Positions 26,487 through 36,358 of a DNA stretch of 64,000 bases are shown piece by piece. The DNA comes from Thermodesulfovibrionia bacterium (GTDB lineage: Bacteria > Nitrospirota > Thermodesulfovibrionia > UBA6902), in the NCBI GenBank assembly GCA_963699585.1, contig CAVOUK010000003.1, positions 139,251 to 203,250 of the forward strand, given 5' to 3'. The notes beneath the pieces are model-generated. The model was not told the DNA's origin, did no database searches, and was given only the letters and a program-made list of their open reading frames with translations. Position 1 is the stretch's first letter, and each line of letters begins with the position of its first letter. Both the position numbers and the translations under genes were made by a program.

Positions 26487-28172
26487 ATGAAAAAATATTT
26501 TTACATAATATCCATTACAGTATTTACGTTCATTTTTACAATCGCTGTTTATCACCCGGGCGTAGACGCTCAATACGAAGGTGCGGCAGAGAAAAAAACT
26601 GTACAAAAAGAGAAAGACATAAAGGTTGAAATTTGCTACAACTGTCATGATCAGATAAAAGAACTTCATACAATGGGTAAACATGCAAAGGTCAATTGTT
26701 CAAATTGCCATAAGGGACTTGATAACCACCTGAAAAACCAGGCTCCTGACACAAGGCCTGTAACGGATACCTCATGGGAAGCCTGCGGACAATGTCATAA
26801 AGAGCAGTATGACACATTCATGAAAACTGCATATCACCGCCCTGCCCGTGATGAAAAATCCCAGCTTACTAACAGGGCCCCTAATCCATTCTGGGATAAG
26901 CTTATGATGGGGCATGGTTTCACAAAAGAACATAACCTTACAAGGAGTCATCCCTGGATGCTCCCGGACCATTTAGTAGTTGACAGGGCCTACGGCGGTC
27001 GGTTTCAGGGTAAAAACGGGTGGCAGTATATACTTGAAACAGGCAAGGCATGGGATATCCTTGAGGACAAATATCCTGGAGCTACCGAACACAAAGCATT
27101 CATTACCCAGAGCGCTGCGGCAGCAAATCCGGTATGCCTGCAATGCAAATCCCAGGACCACATTCTTAAATGGGCATATATGGGCGACCCCGTTGAAGGT
27201 TCGGGATGGTCCAGGACCTCAAAGGTTTTTGAGCTTGTTAAAGACCTGCAGCACGGTCTCAATTGCTTCTATTGTCACGATCCTCATGCAGCAAAGCCAA
27301 GGGTTGTAAGAGATGGTTTGATAGATGCACTTACAAGACCTGAGGCAGATACGCTCTGGCACAAGGACCCCAAGAGGACCGGAATAAAGGTTATTGAAAT
27401 GGGCACGAGAGGATTTACAAGAAAGATAGCACTGCTAGAAAAATATGATACGAGGCTTCAATGCGGGCAATGTCATGTAGAGTATAACTGCAATCCCGGC
27501 TATGATCCTAAAAATTCCGATACATCAAAGTATTCAGTTACAATGACTGACAGAAGGACAAATCATTTCCCATATCAGGATGTATTTGACCTGTATGATC
27601 ATTATGTGAATAAAGTAAGTTTTCTCGACTTCAAACACACCCTGACAGGCGGGCTCCTCTGGAAGGCACAGCATCCTGAGACAGAGACATTTTATAATTC
27701 AAAACATGCCAAAGCCGGTGCAGGATGCGACAGTTGCCACTTGCCGAAAGTCAAGGACAAAAAGACCGGAAAGGTTTACACATCACATTTTGCTGTTACC
27801 CCGAAGGTGCAATTAAAGGAAACGTGCCTGAAATGCCATCCCAAGTGGACTGAAGAACAGGCAAGGTACGCTATTGATTCCATAAAAGCACATATCCGGG
27901 GGAAAATGCGAAAAGCCGAGTTCTGGCTGTCTTCACTGATAGACAAAATAGTGGAGGGGAAAAAGGCCGGAATTGATGCTGAAATTATTAAACAGGCGCA
28001 AGATCAGCATCTGAAAGCTCATATTCTGTGGGAGTTCTGGACCGCTGAAAACTCAGACGGCTTTCATAACCCGGAAATGGCGAGGGAGTCTCTTACAAGA
28101 TCTGTTGATGAATCACAGAAAGGCATCAAAATTATTAATGACATACTTACTGCAAAAACAGCGGCTACGTAG
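26487..28172 (+). CDS. octahaem c-type cytochrome of the nitrite-reductase (ONR/TvNiR-like) type
   Basis: 561 aa with signal peptide. Haem motifs in order are CYNCH, CSNCH, CGQCH, CLQCK, CFYCH, CGQCH, CDSCH, CLKCH. A CxxCK fourth site after a 3-haem module is the arrangement of octahaem nitrite reductases (NrfA-like catalytic haem). Confidence 0.8.
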   Translation: MKKYFYIISITVFTFIFTIAVYHPGVDAQYEGAAEKKTVQKEKDIKVEICYNCHDQIKELHTMGKHAKVNCSNCHKGLDNHLKNQAPDTRPVTDTSWEACGQCHKEQYDTFMKTAYHRPARDEKSQLTNRAPNPFWDKLMMGHGFTKEHNLTRSHPWMLPDHLVVDRAYGGRFQGKNGWQYILETGKAWDILEDKYPGATEHKAFITQSAAAANPVCLQCKSQDHILKWAYMGDPVEGSGWSRTSKVFELVKDLQHGLNCFYCHDPHAAKPRVVRDGLIDALTRPEADTLWHKDPKRTGIKVIEMGTRGFTRKIALLEKYDTRLQCGQCHVEYNCNPGYDPKNSDTSKYSVTMTDRRTNHFPYQDVFDLYDHYVNKVSFLDFKHTLTGGLLWKAQHPETETFYNSKHAKAGAGCDSCHLPKVKDKKTGKVYTSHFAVTPKVQLKETCLKCHPKWTEEQARYAIDSIKAHIRGKMRKAEFWLSSLIDKIVEGKKAGIDAEIIKQAQDQHLKAHILWEFWTAENSDGFHNPEMARESLTRSVDESQKGIKIINDILTAKTAAT

Positions 28173-28267
28173 TAGAATATGAGAAGGATAGATTATGAAA
28201 GCCACAATTTTGATATTATGCTTAGTCTGTTTTCAGATAGTTTTACTGGTTAACTTATACAAGTGCA

Positions 28268-28633
28268 ATGCACGATCTATTTAACGAAATGGATGTAAAC
28301 CAGGACGGAAAAGTTTCCCTTGAGGAGTTCTCTCATGATATGGAAAATAGCGCCTTCAACAGATTGGACAAAGACAAAGATGGGTTTATTACACCAAAAG
28401 AATGGAGCGCGGTAGATCTTATAGAAGAAAAAGAAAAGGCGCAGGAAGTTTTTCAAGCCATAGACAAAAAAGCCAATAAGAGGATCAGCTACCCCGATTT
28501 TAAAAATTACGCTGATAAATACTCTAATTTAGAAGAGGCTTTTATGATCCTGGACAAAAACAAAGACGGCAGCCTGTCGCCGGATGAAGTCACTTTACGG
28601 CCTCTTTTCAGGTTGATCACGATCCACTATTAA
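28268..28633 (+). CDS. EF-hand calcium-binding protein (probably secreted; signal peptide encoded in another frame upstream)
   Basis: EF-hand loops are DVNQDGKVSLEE, DKDKDGFITPKE and DKNKDGSLSPDE. ATG 28195 has a GAAGGA RBS and encodes MKATILILCLVCFQIVLLVNLYKCNA in the -1 frame, ending at 28282-28284. ATG 28268 has no RBS. Confidence 0.7.
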   Translation: MHDLFNEMDVNQDGKVSLEEFSHDMENSAFNRLDKDKDGFITPKEWSAVDLIEEKEKAQEVFQAIDKKANKRISYPDFKNYADKYSNLEEAFMILDKNKDGSLSPDEVTLRPLFRLITIHY

Positions 28634-28665
28634 TTAAAATATGGTGGAGGACCCCACTAAAAGAC

Positions 28666-28702
28666 AAAAAAAAAGAAGCAGGAAATTTCCTGCTTCTTTT
28701 TT
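28666..28702. terminator. bidirectional intrinsic terminator
   Basis: Perfect palindrome AGAAGCAGGAAA/TTTCCTGCTTCT (28674-28697) flanked by an A9 run and a T6 run, between convergent genes. Confidence 0.7.
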
Positions 28703-28721
28703 AACATGATCCTGAAAATAA

Positions 28722-29063
28722 TTATTTCGCTTCTACGGTAGCATGTTCCTCGGACGAAGTCTTCGGGTTTAATGCATTTGTAACTGCCTCTGATGCATAA
28801 CCGGCAATTGTTCCTAATACTGCGCCAACTACGATACTGACCGATGCTACACAAGATATCCCGAGAATAATTCCTATCGCTATCGCTGCTCTGACCAGCA
28901 CTGTCGCCTCAAGGGGCCCGCCGAAGAGATGGTTCATAAGGACCAGCGTCCCGTAACTGCCGAAATAGAATCCGGGGACCAAACCTACTGCCAGAAACCC
29001 TATCACTCCAAAAGCCGCTCCCACCTTGGTCCCCATTTTTACCATGTCTTTTCTTGCTTTCAT
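28722..29063 (-). CDS. small Gly/Ala-rich 3-TM membrane protein, paralogue A
   Basis: The start is placed at MKARKDMVK, preceded by AAAGGAGG. About 113 aa and similar in layout to the upstream paralogue. Confidence 0.6.
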   Translation of the reverse strand: MKARKDMVKMGTKVGAAFGVIGFLAVGLVPGFYFGSYGTLVLMNHLFGGPLEATVLVRAAIAIGIILGISCVASVSIVVGAVLGTIAGYASEAVTNALNPKTSSEEHATVEAK

Positions 29064-29107
29064 TTCACTACCTCCTTTTAGATATATTGTTTTTATTAAG
29101 CCTGGAT

Positions 29108-29431
29108 CTATTTTATTCTTACTTCTTGCTCTACCGCTTTTTTCGACATCAGGGATTCTATTGCATATCCGATGGCCCATCCAACAAATGATAAGCCGGC
29201 AGTAAATACAATACCTGACACTAATATGCCGAACAACATTGACGCTGCCACTATGACCCTTGCGGCAATCTGCGGGCCTACAGGGTATCCGAATATAATA
29301 CCCGCTATATTAAGTCCGACCACCCCGCCAATAAATGAACCCGGCAGCAAACCAATAATGGCGAATAATACCAGGCCTGCCCCTGCCCCTATGTATAATC
29401 CTTTTTTTGCTATGTCTTTTTCTGTTTTCAT
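29108..29431 (-). CDS. small Gly/Ala-rich 3-TM membrane protein, paralogue B
   Basis: 107 aa (MKTEKDIAKKGLYIGAGAGLVLF...) with a GGAGGAAGGG RBS. It shares the MK-x-KD-x-K-G...GA..G...GL.PG pattern with paralogue A. Confidence 0.65.
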   Translation of the reverse strand: MKTEKDIAKKGLYIGAGAGLVLFAIIGLLPGSFIGGVVGLNIAGIIFGYPVGPQIAARVIVAASMLFGILVSGIVFTAGLSFVGWAIGYAIESLMSKKAVEQEVRIK

Positions 29432-29470
29432 TTTACCCTTCCTCCTTTTTTAAATCTTTAATTATGGAGT

Positions 29471-29486
29471 TGCATTTCCCGTGCCA
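29471..29486 (-). promoter_or_regulatory. sigma-54 (-24/-12) promoter TGGCAC-N5-ATGCA
   Basis: The minus strand reads CTGGCACGGGAAATGCAAC. GG and GC have the correct 12-nt register. It lies 40 nt upstream of the ATG at 29431. Confidence 0.6.
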
Positions 29487-29752
29487 GATGTATGTAGCTG
29501 ATTAAAAAGGATTTTGCTTTTGAATTGTTTGCAGCTTTGCAAATTTATCAAGTTTTATTTGCAGGACCGCAAAAAGAAATCGAGAATAAGTTAGTATATA
29601 AATCTTTGGGGGATAGAGTAATTATTCGGAATTCAGCTGCCACAAAAGAAATGACATTCTAAATGATAGCAGAGAAATTACATAGCAAGTCACTACGGGG
29701 TTACTGTGGCATTTAAGAATGCTGAATTGATCTATTATAAATCAATTTATAA

Positions 29753-29840
29753 TGGTGCCGAAGGGGGGATTTGAACCCCCATGGCCTTTCGACCACTAGA
29801 CCCTGAACCTAGCGCGTCTGCCAGTTCCGCCACTTCGGCA
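29753..29840 (-). tRNA. tRNA-Leu (anticodon CAG), CCA encoded
   Basis: 88 nt. Acceptor TGCCGAA/TTCGGCA, anticodon arm CTAGG-TTCAGGG-TCTAG, long variable arm, T arm GGGGG-TTCAAAT-CCCCC. Confidence 0.92.
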
Positions 29841-29934
29841 AAATGTAATTAGCTGTGAGATGTAAGAAGTTGGAAATGAAAAAGAAACTGCTGCCATCTT
29901 GCTTTTTAACTTCCGACTTCTTACTTTTTACTTC

Positions 29935-30366
29935 CTACTTTTCTAACGGAGTTGAAAACGGGTTATCGCCCTCTATTTGTATCAGTATTAAGGTATCCCG
30001 CTGCAGTACCAGATTGGCTAAACCTCTATTCTCATATTTTTTATCTTGTGCAAACAGCCAGCGTCCTTGCCAGTTCAGATTAACTATAACTGTTTCACCG
30101 GTTATTCTTACCATCCTTGGAGAAAAAGACATCTCAGCCTTTTCAAAATTAATATTATTAAGAATACTTCCAGAAAGATCCGGGTGTATTTGGTCTTTTA
30201 ATATCCCGGTATCCTTTGACTCATATGCTTTCTTTATAATCTCTATCCTTTTTACAGCCTCTTTTGACAGTAGTGAATCTGCAGACGGCTTTACACTCTC
30301 TTTTCCGGTGCAACTATAAGAAAAGATAAACACAAGAAGCGGTAAAATAATATAATATTTTTTCAT
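29935..30366 (-). CDS. lipoprotein of unknown function
   Basis: 143 aa. The signal peptide ends in lipobox-like FSYSC. No family is recognised. Confidence 0.6.
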   Translation of the reverse strand: MKKYYIILPLLVFIFSYSCTGKESVKPSADSLLSKEAVKRIEIIKKAYESKDTGILKDQIHPDLSGSILNNINFEKAEMSFSPRMVRITGETVIVNLNWQGRWLFAQDKKYENRGLANLVLQRDTLILIQIEGDNPFSTPLEK

Positions 30367-30558
30367 GCGCTGGACCTTGCTCCCAAATTAAATTATGATG
30401 ATAAATTGTACATTCTCAAACAACATTTTTGCAATACAACCCGGCAGCAGTATTCCTGTCTTGACATATAATAGCATTTTAAAGTTTATAATATTATCCC
30501 GTTACCAGAGTAACTTCAAAAAACAGGTAACAAAAAATTTAACTAAAAAGGAGGCTGT

Positions 30559-31785
30559 ATGAGATTTTTATTTGTATTCGTTTTAATTGTCTCTGCCGCT
30601 CTGGTCCCTCAGATGGCATTCTCAGAGAAGGCCAAGACAATCGATGAACTTGTATCACCAATAGACTCCCAGCAGTGTGAAGGGTGCCACACTGATTTTC
30701 ACGAAAACTGGTCCAAGTCATGGCACTCTAAATCAATAACCGATCCACGCACTATAAGATCATTCAGAACATTTTTATTAAGCGGGGTTGATAAATTACC
30801 CGGGGTAAAGAGGACCATGCTGAGAGACATGTGTCTCATGTGTCACGCGCCGATCGCTGCTTCGAATGCTTCTGATGAGCTTGCAGAGCAGATCGCCGGA
30901 TTAGTAGTGACCGCTGTTGATGATAAAGATGCATCTAAAAAAGAGGCGGCAATAAAAGAACTTTCAAAGGTCAATATTAACTGCCTTACATGTCATGGCA
31001 ATAAAACACCTGGAGGCCTGGGGGCCGGCCAATTGGAAGCAAATACGATTTACGGGCCCGGAGAGGCAGCGAATCCTCCTCATAAAGATGCGATCGGTTT
31101 TAATACCATAAAGTCTGCCATACATGACAAAAGCCGAATTCTGCGCACCGTGTCACCACGGATGTCCGCCGGGCTTGTCTTCAAAAGAATGTCCTACACA
31201 GTGGACCGTTTATCAGGAAGAATATCTGGCGCATGGCGGCAAGAAGACCTGCCAGGAATGCCATATGACGGGTGAAGACGGTGCAAGCCACAGGTTCCCC
31301 GGACTCTATGAGAAGGACTTTGCAAAGACTGCGATAGACCTTCAATTAAGCGCAACACCTACCCGTAATGTTGATCATCTGAATAATACGTCATCACCTG
31401 CGGTTGTCATGAACGTACAGTTGAAAAACAACGCTGCGCATGACCTGCCGCATGGCTGAGTATTCATCCCAAAAGCGGCACTGGAAGTGACCGTGAAAGA
31501 TCAGGACGGCAAAGTAGTATTTTCAAAAACCAAAGACGTATGAAGTCTACGATCTTCATTTGCCTTCAAAACAAGGAAGGATGGATGGGCTTTAACGACT
31601 GGGACCTGACTGCAATGACACATATTAATTTAGGTCTTGAGCCACTTGAAACAGATTCTCTTACATTTGTTGTGCCTCTCAAGGCAGGCACCAAGTCTGT
31701 GGATATTGAAGCCGCATTCAGGTTCATTTACGAAGGAAACGATACAGCAGTCTGGCAAAAGGCAAGCAAAAAGATAGAATTCTAA
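30559..31785 (+). pseudogene. multihaem (5 x CxxCH) c-type cytochrome, disrupted by frameshifts and one in-frame TGA
   Basis: Fragment 30559..31275 has the signal peptide plus CEGCH, CLMCH and CLTCH. Fragment 31124..31459 has CAPCH and CQECH and ends ...AHDLPHG-TGA. The same frame continues VFIPKAALEVTVKDQDGKVVFSKTKDV. Further shifts lead into 31540..31785. Confidence 0.75.
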
Positions 31786-31808
31786 TCCATTTAGACCGCT
31801 TATAGATC

Positions 31809-31850
31809 AAAGGGCTTTGTTCAGATCATCGGAACAGAGCCCTTTTTATT
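31809..31850 (+). terminator. intrinsic terminator after the cytochrome gene
   Basis: AGGGCTTTGTTC (31811-31822) pairs with GAACAGAGCCCT (31832-31843) with one mismatch, followed by TTTTTATTTTT. Confidence 0.65.
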
Positions 31851-31889
31851 TTTCATGATATGATATCAGGGTAAAAATACGGGACAATA

Positions 31890-33093
31890 ATGATCGATAT
31901 CATAAAGATCACTTCAGTACTCATCATCATTGTCATTCTTCTGAAAAGAAAGTGGAACCTTGGAGTTGTAATGGCCCTTTCTTCCGTCATCCTTGCCTTT
32001 CTTTATCTGCTTGCGCCGCTTGAATACCTGAATGCTTTTTATGCTGCAATGACCGATAAAACAACGATCAGCCTTGTCGTGGCGCTTACTCTCATACGAA
32101 TATTCGAGAATGTAATGAGAAAGAACGGAGTCATGCAGCAGATGATGGATTCATTTCGGGGAATGGTCATGGACAGAAGGGTCCTCATGGCCTCCATGCC
32201 TGCGCTTATCGGGCTTCTGCCCTCAATGGGAGGAGCTCTCTTTTCTGCTCCAATGGTGGATGAAGCATCAAAGAATATCAATATTTCGCAGGAGAAAAAG
32301 GCTTTCGTAAATTATATGTTCAGACACCCATGGGAATTTGTGCTTCCTCTTTATCCGGGTGTCATTCTTGCATCTGCTATCACTTCATATTCCTTGAGAG
32401 ATTTAATGCTCGCCAATTCACCTTATGCCATGTGTCTCCTTATTGGAGGAAGCTATTTGGGGATTGAGCGGTATCGGAATGCAGAAAGAGGGCTTCAAAA
32501 AAATATCGAGGGCCGGACTCATGAGTTTCCTGCCTTTAACTATCATCCTTATTATGGTTATAGGATTTCATATTAATCTGTCAATAAGTATCGGGGCTGT
32601 TATTCTCGGTTTATATTCAGCCTTCCGTTATTCCCCAAAAAATATCTTTCAGAGCCTGAAAGAGGGTTTTTCGTGGGAGATAATTTTAATAATACTCGGA
32701 GTAATGACCTTCAAAGCAGTTCTGAATTCATCAGGAGCAGTGACGAATATAAGCGCTTTTTTCACTGAAGAAGGTATCCCTGTTTTGCCGGTGCTGTTTT
32801 TTCTGCCTTTTATTTATGGGCTGCTCACAGGACTGACAGTTGGTTTCGTCGGCAGCACCTTCCCGATCCTTTTAGGACTTGAGAATGTAAATCACATCGG
32901 AGCAATTTCCTTTGCCTTTGCTTCCGGATATGTCGGGGTGCTCCTGTCGCCTGTTCATCTCTGCCTCGTGCTGACAAGAGAATATTTCAAGGCGGCAATG
33001 AGCGGGATATATAAAAAAATTATCAGGGTAAGCGTATTGATCATGATCGTTGCGGTAGCAGAGTATTTCATTTTCAGTCGTTACTGGAATTGA
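31890..33093 (+). pseudogene. DUF401 family integral membrane protein, one frameshift
   Basis: Fragments 31890..32576 and 32425..33093 overlap in different frames. Joined near 32460 they give about 400 aa of continuous TM protein (…SMPALIGLLPSMGGALFSAPMV…). Confidence 0.7.
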
Positions 33094-33182
33094 TTCTCAT
33101 TTAATTTCAGCAAGGTTTCATTCATATAAGGTATCTGCTTGCAAGATCAATACATTACATTTACAATAGCACTATTAAAGGT

Positions 33183-34082
33183 ATGTATGATGGCAGAGGG
33201 ATGAAAAAGCATATAGAACAATTTCTTGATTATCTAAAAGCGGAACGCGGGGTATCTCCTCATACACTGAAAGCATATGCCGAGGACTTACAGGAATTCC
33301 ATCAATTTTTAAAAAAGACCCCTAAAGATATTGACAATCTTGACATCAGGAGTTTTCTTGCATCCCTGCATCACAGAAAACTGAAGAAAACTTCCATATC
33401 AAGAAAACTTGCGACTGTCAGGTCATTTTTCAAATACCTCCACAGGGAAGGACATGTGCTTAAAAATCCCGCCAGGCTGGTATCTACTCCAAAAGTTCCA
33501 AAGCCTCTTCCAAAGTTTCTGACCGTCGATGAAACCTTTTGTCTAATGGAAAGCCCTGAGGGTGATGCCTTCAGGCCGGTAAGGGACAAGGCGATGCTTG
33601 AGCTTCTCTACTCCTCAGGTTTGAGAGTATCTGAACTGACTTCACTCGATATAAGTGATCTTGACATTAAAGAGTCCCTTGTCCGGGTAAAAGGGAAAGG
33701 TATGAAAGAGCGTATACTACCCATTGGGTTAAAAGCAATGGTAGCAATTCAAAACTATCTGACCGAAAGAATTTCACTAAAGAAAAAATCTCATGCGTTG
33801 TTTCTGAATAATCGGGGCGGCAGGTTGACTCAGAGAAGTGTCAGGCGTATAGTATTATACTATAGCAGGATGGTTAATCTTAAAAGTGATCTCTGCCCTC
33901 ACACTTTAAGGCATACTTTTGCAACACATTTGCTCCACGAAGGTGCGGATCTGAGGTCAATACAGGAACTTTTAGGACATTCGTCCCTTTCAACAACCCA
34001 GAAATATACACATGTGGATATAAGGCATCTTATGGAAGTTTACGATAAGGCTCATCCCATGTCGAGAGAGAATAAGAAGTGA
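33183..34082 (+). CDS. xerC: tyrosine recombinase XerC/XerD family
   Basis: 299 aa. LKAERGVSPHTLKAYAEDL, LYSSGLRVSEL, HTLRHTFATHLL and LGHSSLSTTQKYTHV. Sits in the conserved xerC-hslV-hslU arrangement. Confidence 0.9.
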   Translation: MYDGRGMKKHIEQFLDYLKAERGVSPHTLKAYAEDLQEFHQFLKKTPKDIDNLDIRSFLASLHHRKLKKTSISRKLATVRSFFKYLHREGHVLKNPARLVSTPKVPKPLPKFLTVDETFCLMESPEGDAFRPVRDKAMLELLYSSGLRVSELTSLDISDLDIKESLVRVKGKGMKERILPIGLKAMVAIQNYLTERISLKKKSHALFLNNRGGRLTQRSVRRIVLYYSRMVNLKSDLCPHTLRHTFATHLLHEGADLRSIQELLGHSSLSTTQKYTHVDIRHLMEVYDKAHPMSRENKK

Positions 34083-34106
34083 AGAGTTAAGAGTTAAAAT
34101 TTCTGC

Positions 34107-34136
34107 GTAGGGGCGGGTTTCAAACCCGCCCGTACA
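34107..34136. repeat. GC-rich REP-like hairpin GTAGGGGCGGGTTTCAAACCCGCCCGTAC
   Basis: GGGCGGGT pairs with ACCCGCCC around TTCAA, with no T-run. It is a GC island in an AT-rich spacer after xerC. Confidence 0.5.
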
Positions 34137-34162
34137 TAACACTTAATGTAAAGGAGCAGTAT

Positions 34163-34696
34163 ATGTTTCGTGGAACAACAGTGCTTTGTGTAAGAAAAGA
34201 CGGAAAAGTCGCAATAGGCGGAGACGGTCAGGTAACCCTGGGCCAAATCGTGCTGAAGCATAATGCAAAAAAGATCAGAAAAATGTATAACAATAGCATT
34301 ATTGCAGGGTTCGCCGGAGCAACAGCAGATGCTTTTACCCTCTTTGAAAAATTTGAGGGCAAACTTGAAACCTATAGAGGCAATTTAACAAGGGCTGCAG
34401 TTGAACTTGCAAAGGATTGGCGGACGGATAAGATACTGAGACGCCTTGAGGCTCTTCTGATTATTGCTGACAAAGAACATTCCTTTATAATATCCGGCAA
34501 TGGAGATGTTATCGAGCCCGAGGACGGAATATCCGCTATCGGCTCCGGAGGACCCTATGCGCATGCAGCCGCAAAAGCGCTTATTGAACACACTCAATTG
34601 GAACCAAAAAAAGTTATTGAAGAGGCAATGAAGATAGCATCAAAGATATGCATTTATACAAATGATTCAATCAGCATCGAGGAAATAAATGAATAA
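34163..34696 (+). CDS. hslV: ATP-dependent protease subunit HslV
   Basis: 177 aa. N-terminal [25 protein letters not shown] carries the catalytic Thr. Confidence 0.95.
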   Translation: MFRGTTVLCVRKDGKVAIGGDGQVTLGQIVLKHNAKKIRKMYNNSIIAGFAGATADAFTLFEKFEGKLETYRGNLTRAAVELAKDWRTDKILRRLEALLIIADKEHSFIISGNGDVIEPEDGISAIGSGGPYAHAAAKALIEHTQLEPKKVIEEAMKIASKICIYTNDSISIEEINE

Positions 34697-36047
34697 CCTG
34701 ACGCCGAAAAAGATAGTGGAAGAACTTGATAAGTATATCATTGGTCAAAATAAAGCAAAAAAAGCTGTGGCAATAGCTCTCAGAAACAGATGGAGGAGGC
34801 AGCTTTTGTCAGATGAACTGAGGGATGAGGTATTACCCAAAAACATCCTTATGATCGGACCGACAGGCGTAGGCAAAACAGAGATTGCAAGGAGATTATC
34901 AAAACTCGCTCAGGCGCCATTTATCAAAGTCGAAGCTTCAAAATTTACAGAGGTTGGTTATGTTGGCAGGGATGTTGAATCAATGGTAAGAGACCTGACA
35001 GGACTGGCCCTTAATATGGTCAAGACAGAGCATATGGAAAAGGTACAGGAAAAAGCACAGGTGCTTGCCGAAGAGAAAATCCTTAACCTCTTATTACCCC
35101 CGCCAAGATCCCAGAAAAAAACTACTTTGGCGGAGGCGCCGGAAGCGGAAGCGGAAGAGAAAGAAAATTACAATGAAACCCGTGAAAAACTGCGCTCTCA
35201 GTTAAGAGAAGGGAAACTTGATAACAGACATATTGACCTCGAAGTCCGTGAAAAAGTTGTCCCTTTCGGCATTGTCTCAAATATCGGCATGGATGAAATT
35301 GAGATGAACCTGAAAGAGATGCTCGGTAATTTTCTGCCCGAGAAGGCGAAAAGGAAAAAGGTTAAAGTCCCGGAAGCGATGCAGATAATTCAGATGGAAG
35401 AGGTAAATAAACTTATTGATATGGATAAAGTCGTCAGGGAGTCTATTGAGCGTACCGAACAGAACGGGATAGTCTTCATTGACGAGATAGACAAGATAAC
35501 ATCCAGAGGCTCAACTCACGGCCCTGACGTATCACGAGAAGGTGTACAACGGGACCTTCTTCCCATAGTTGAAGGGTCTACGGTCTCAACAAAGCACGGG
35601 CCTGTGAAAACCGACCATATACTTTTTATCGCTGCAGGAGCATTTACTGTGTCAAAACCTTCTGACCTGATACCGGAATTACAGGGAAGATTCCCGATAA
35701 GGGCTGAGCTTGAGGCGCTTGGTAAAGATGAATTCATCAGGATATTAAAGGAACCCAAGAACGCGCTGATTAAGCAGTATGTCGCCCTTATTGAAACAGA
35801 AGGGGTAACAATAAAATTTACCGGCAATGCAATAGAAGAAATCGCTGCTTTAGCAGCAATGGTCAATGAAAAAACTGAAAACATAGGTGCGAGAAGACTC
35901 CATACCATTCTTGAGAAATTACTTGAAGAAATATCATTTAATGCTCCTGATATAAAAGATAAAGAACTTAATATTAACGCAAAATATGTTGCAGACAAAT
36001 TAAGTGATATAATCAAGGACGAAGATCTGAGCAGATATATTTTATAA
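34689..36047 (+). CDS. hslU: ATP-dependent protease ATPase subunit HslU
   Basis: 452 aa. [17 protein letters not shown], Walker [27 protein letters not shown]. Overlaps hslV by 8 nt. Confidence 0.96.
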   Translation: MNNLTPKKIVEELDKYIIGQNKAKKAVAIALRNRWRRQLLSDELRDEVLPKNILMIGPTGVGKTEIARRLSKLAQAPFIKVEASKFTEVGYVGRDVESMVRDLTGLALNMVKTEHMEKVQEKAQVLAEEKILNLLLPPPRSQKKTTLAEAPEAEAEEKENYNETREKLRSQLREGKLDNRHIDLEVREKVVPFGIVSNIGMDEIEMNLKEMLGNFLPEKAKRKKVKVPEAMQIIQMEEVNKLIDMDKVVRESIERTEQNGIVFIDEIDKITSRGSTHGPDVSREGVQRDLLPIVEGSTVSTKHGPVKTDHILFIAAGAFTVSKPSDLIPELQGRFPIRAELEALGKDEFIRILKEPKNALIKQYVALIETEGVTIKFTGNAIEEIAALAAMVNEKTENIGARRLHTILEKLLEEISFNAPDIKDKELNINAKYVADKLSDIIKDEDLSRYIL

Positions 36048-36358
36048 GATTAAGAAGCTGGCATTACCCCTCTTCTTTATTTCAGCAAAAATGTTTCTTA
36101 TTCTTTGAGATACTCCGATAAAAAGCATTTTGCCACAGATTAACACCGATAGAAAACAATTGTATTTATTTCGTGAATCACCCAAAAGGTAAGGTCTGAA
36201 CTTCTTGTAGCTCATTTATATCGTGGCAATCTGTGCGAATCAGTGGAACTGCAGTTTTTTAGATTATAGCCATTCTCAGATAGATATTGTTAAATCAATG
36301 AGTAATTTAGTAAAATAAGTTATTGCTCGATAAGATTGCCTTATAACACCTAAATAAT

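Noticed and set aside
31457-31459. In-frame TGA in the cytochrome as selenocysteine or a reassigned codon
   Set aside because: TGA is used as an ordinary stop elsewhere in the window (for example 13563-13565 and 38360-38362). I see no SECIS-like hairpin immediately downstream, and the same gene also carries frameshifts.
33183-34082. Tyrosine recombinase as the integrase of a mobile element
   Set aside because: It sits in the canonical housekeeping xerC-hslV-hslU arrangement. No flanking direct repeats, tRNA target or cargo genes are present.
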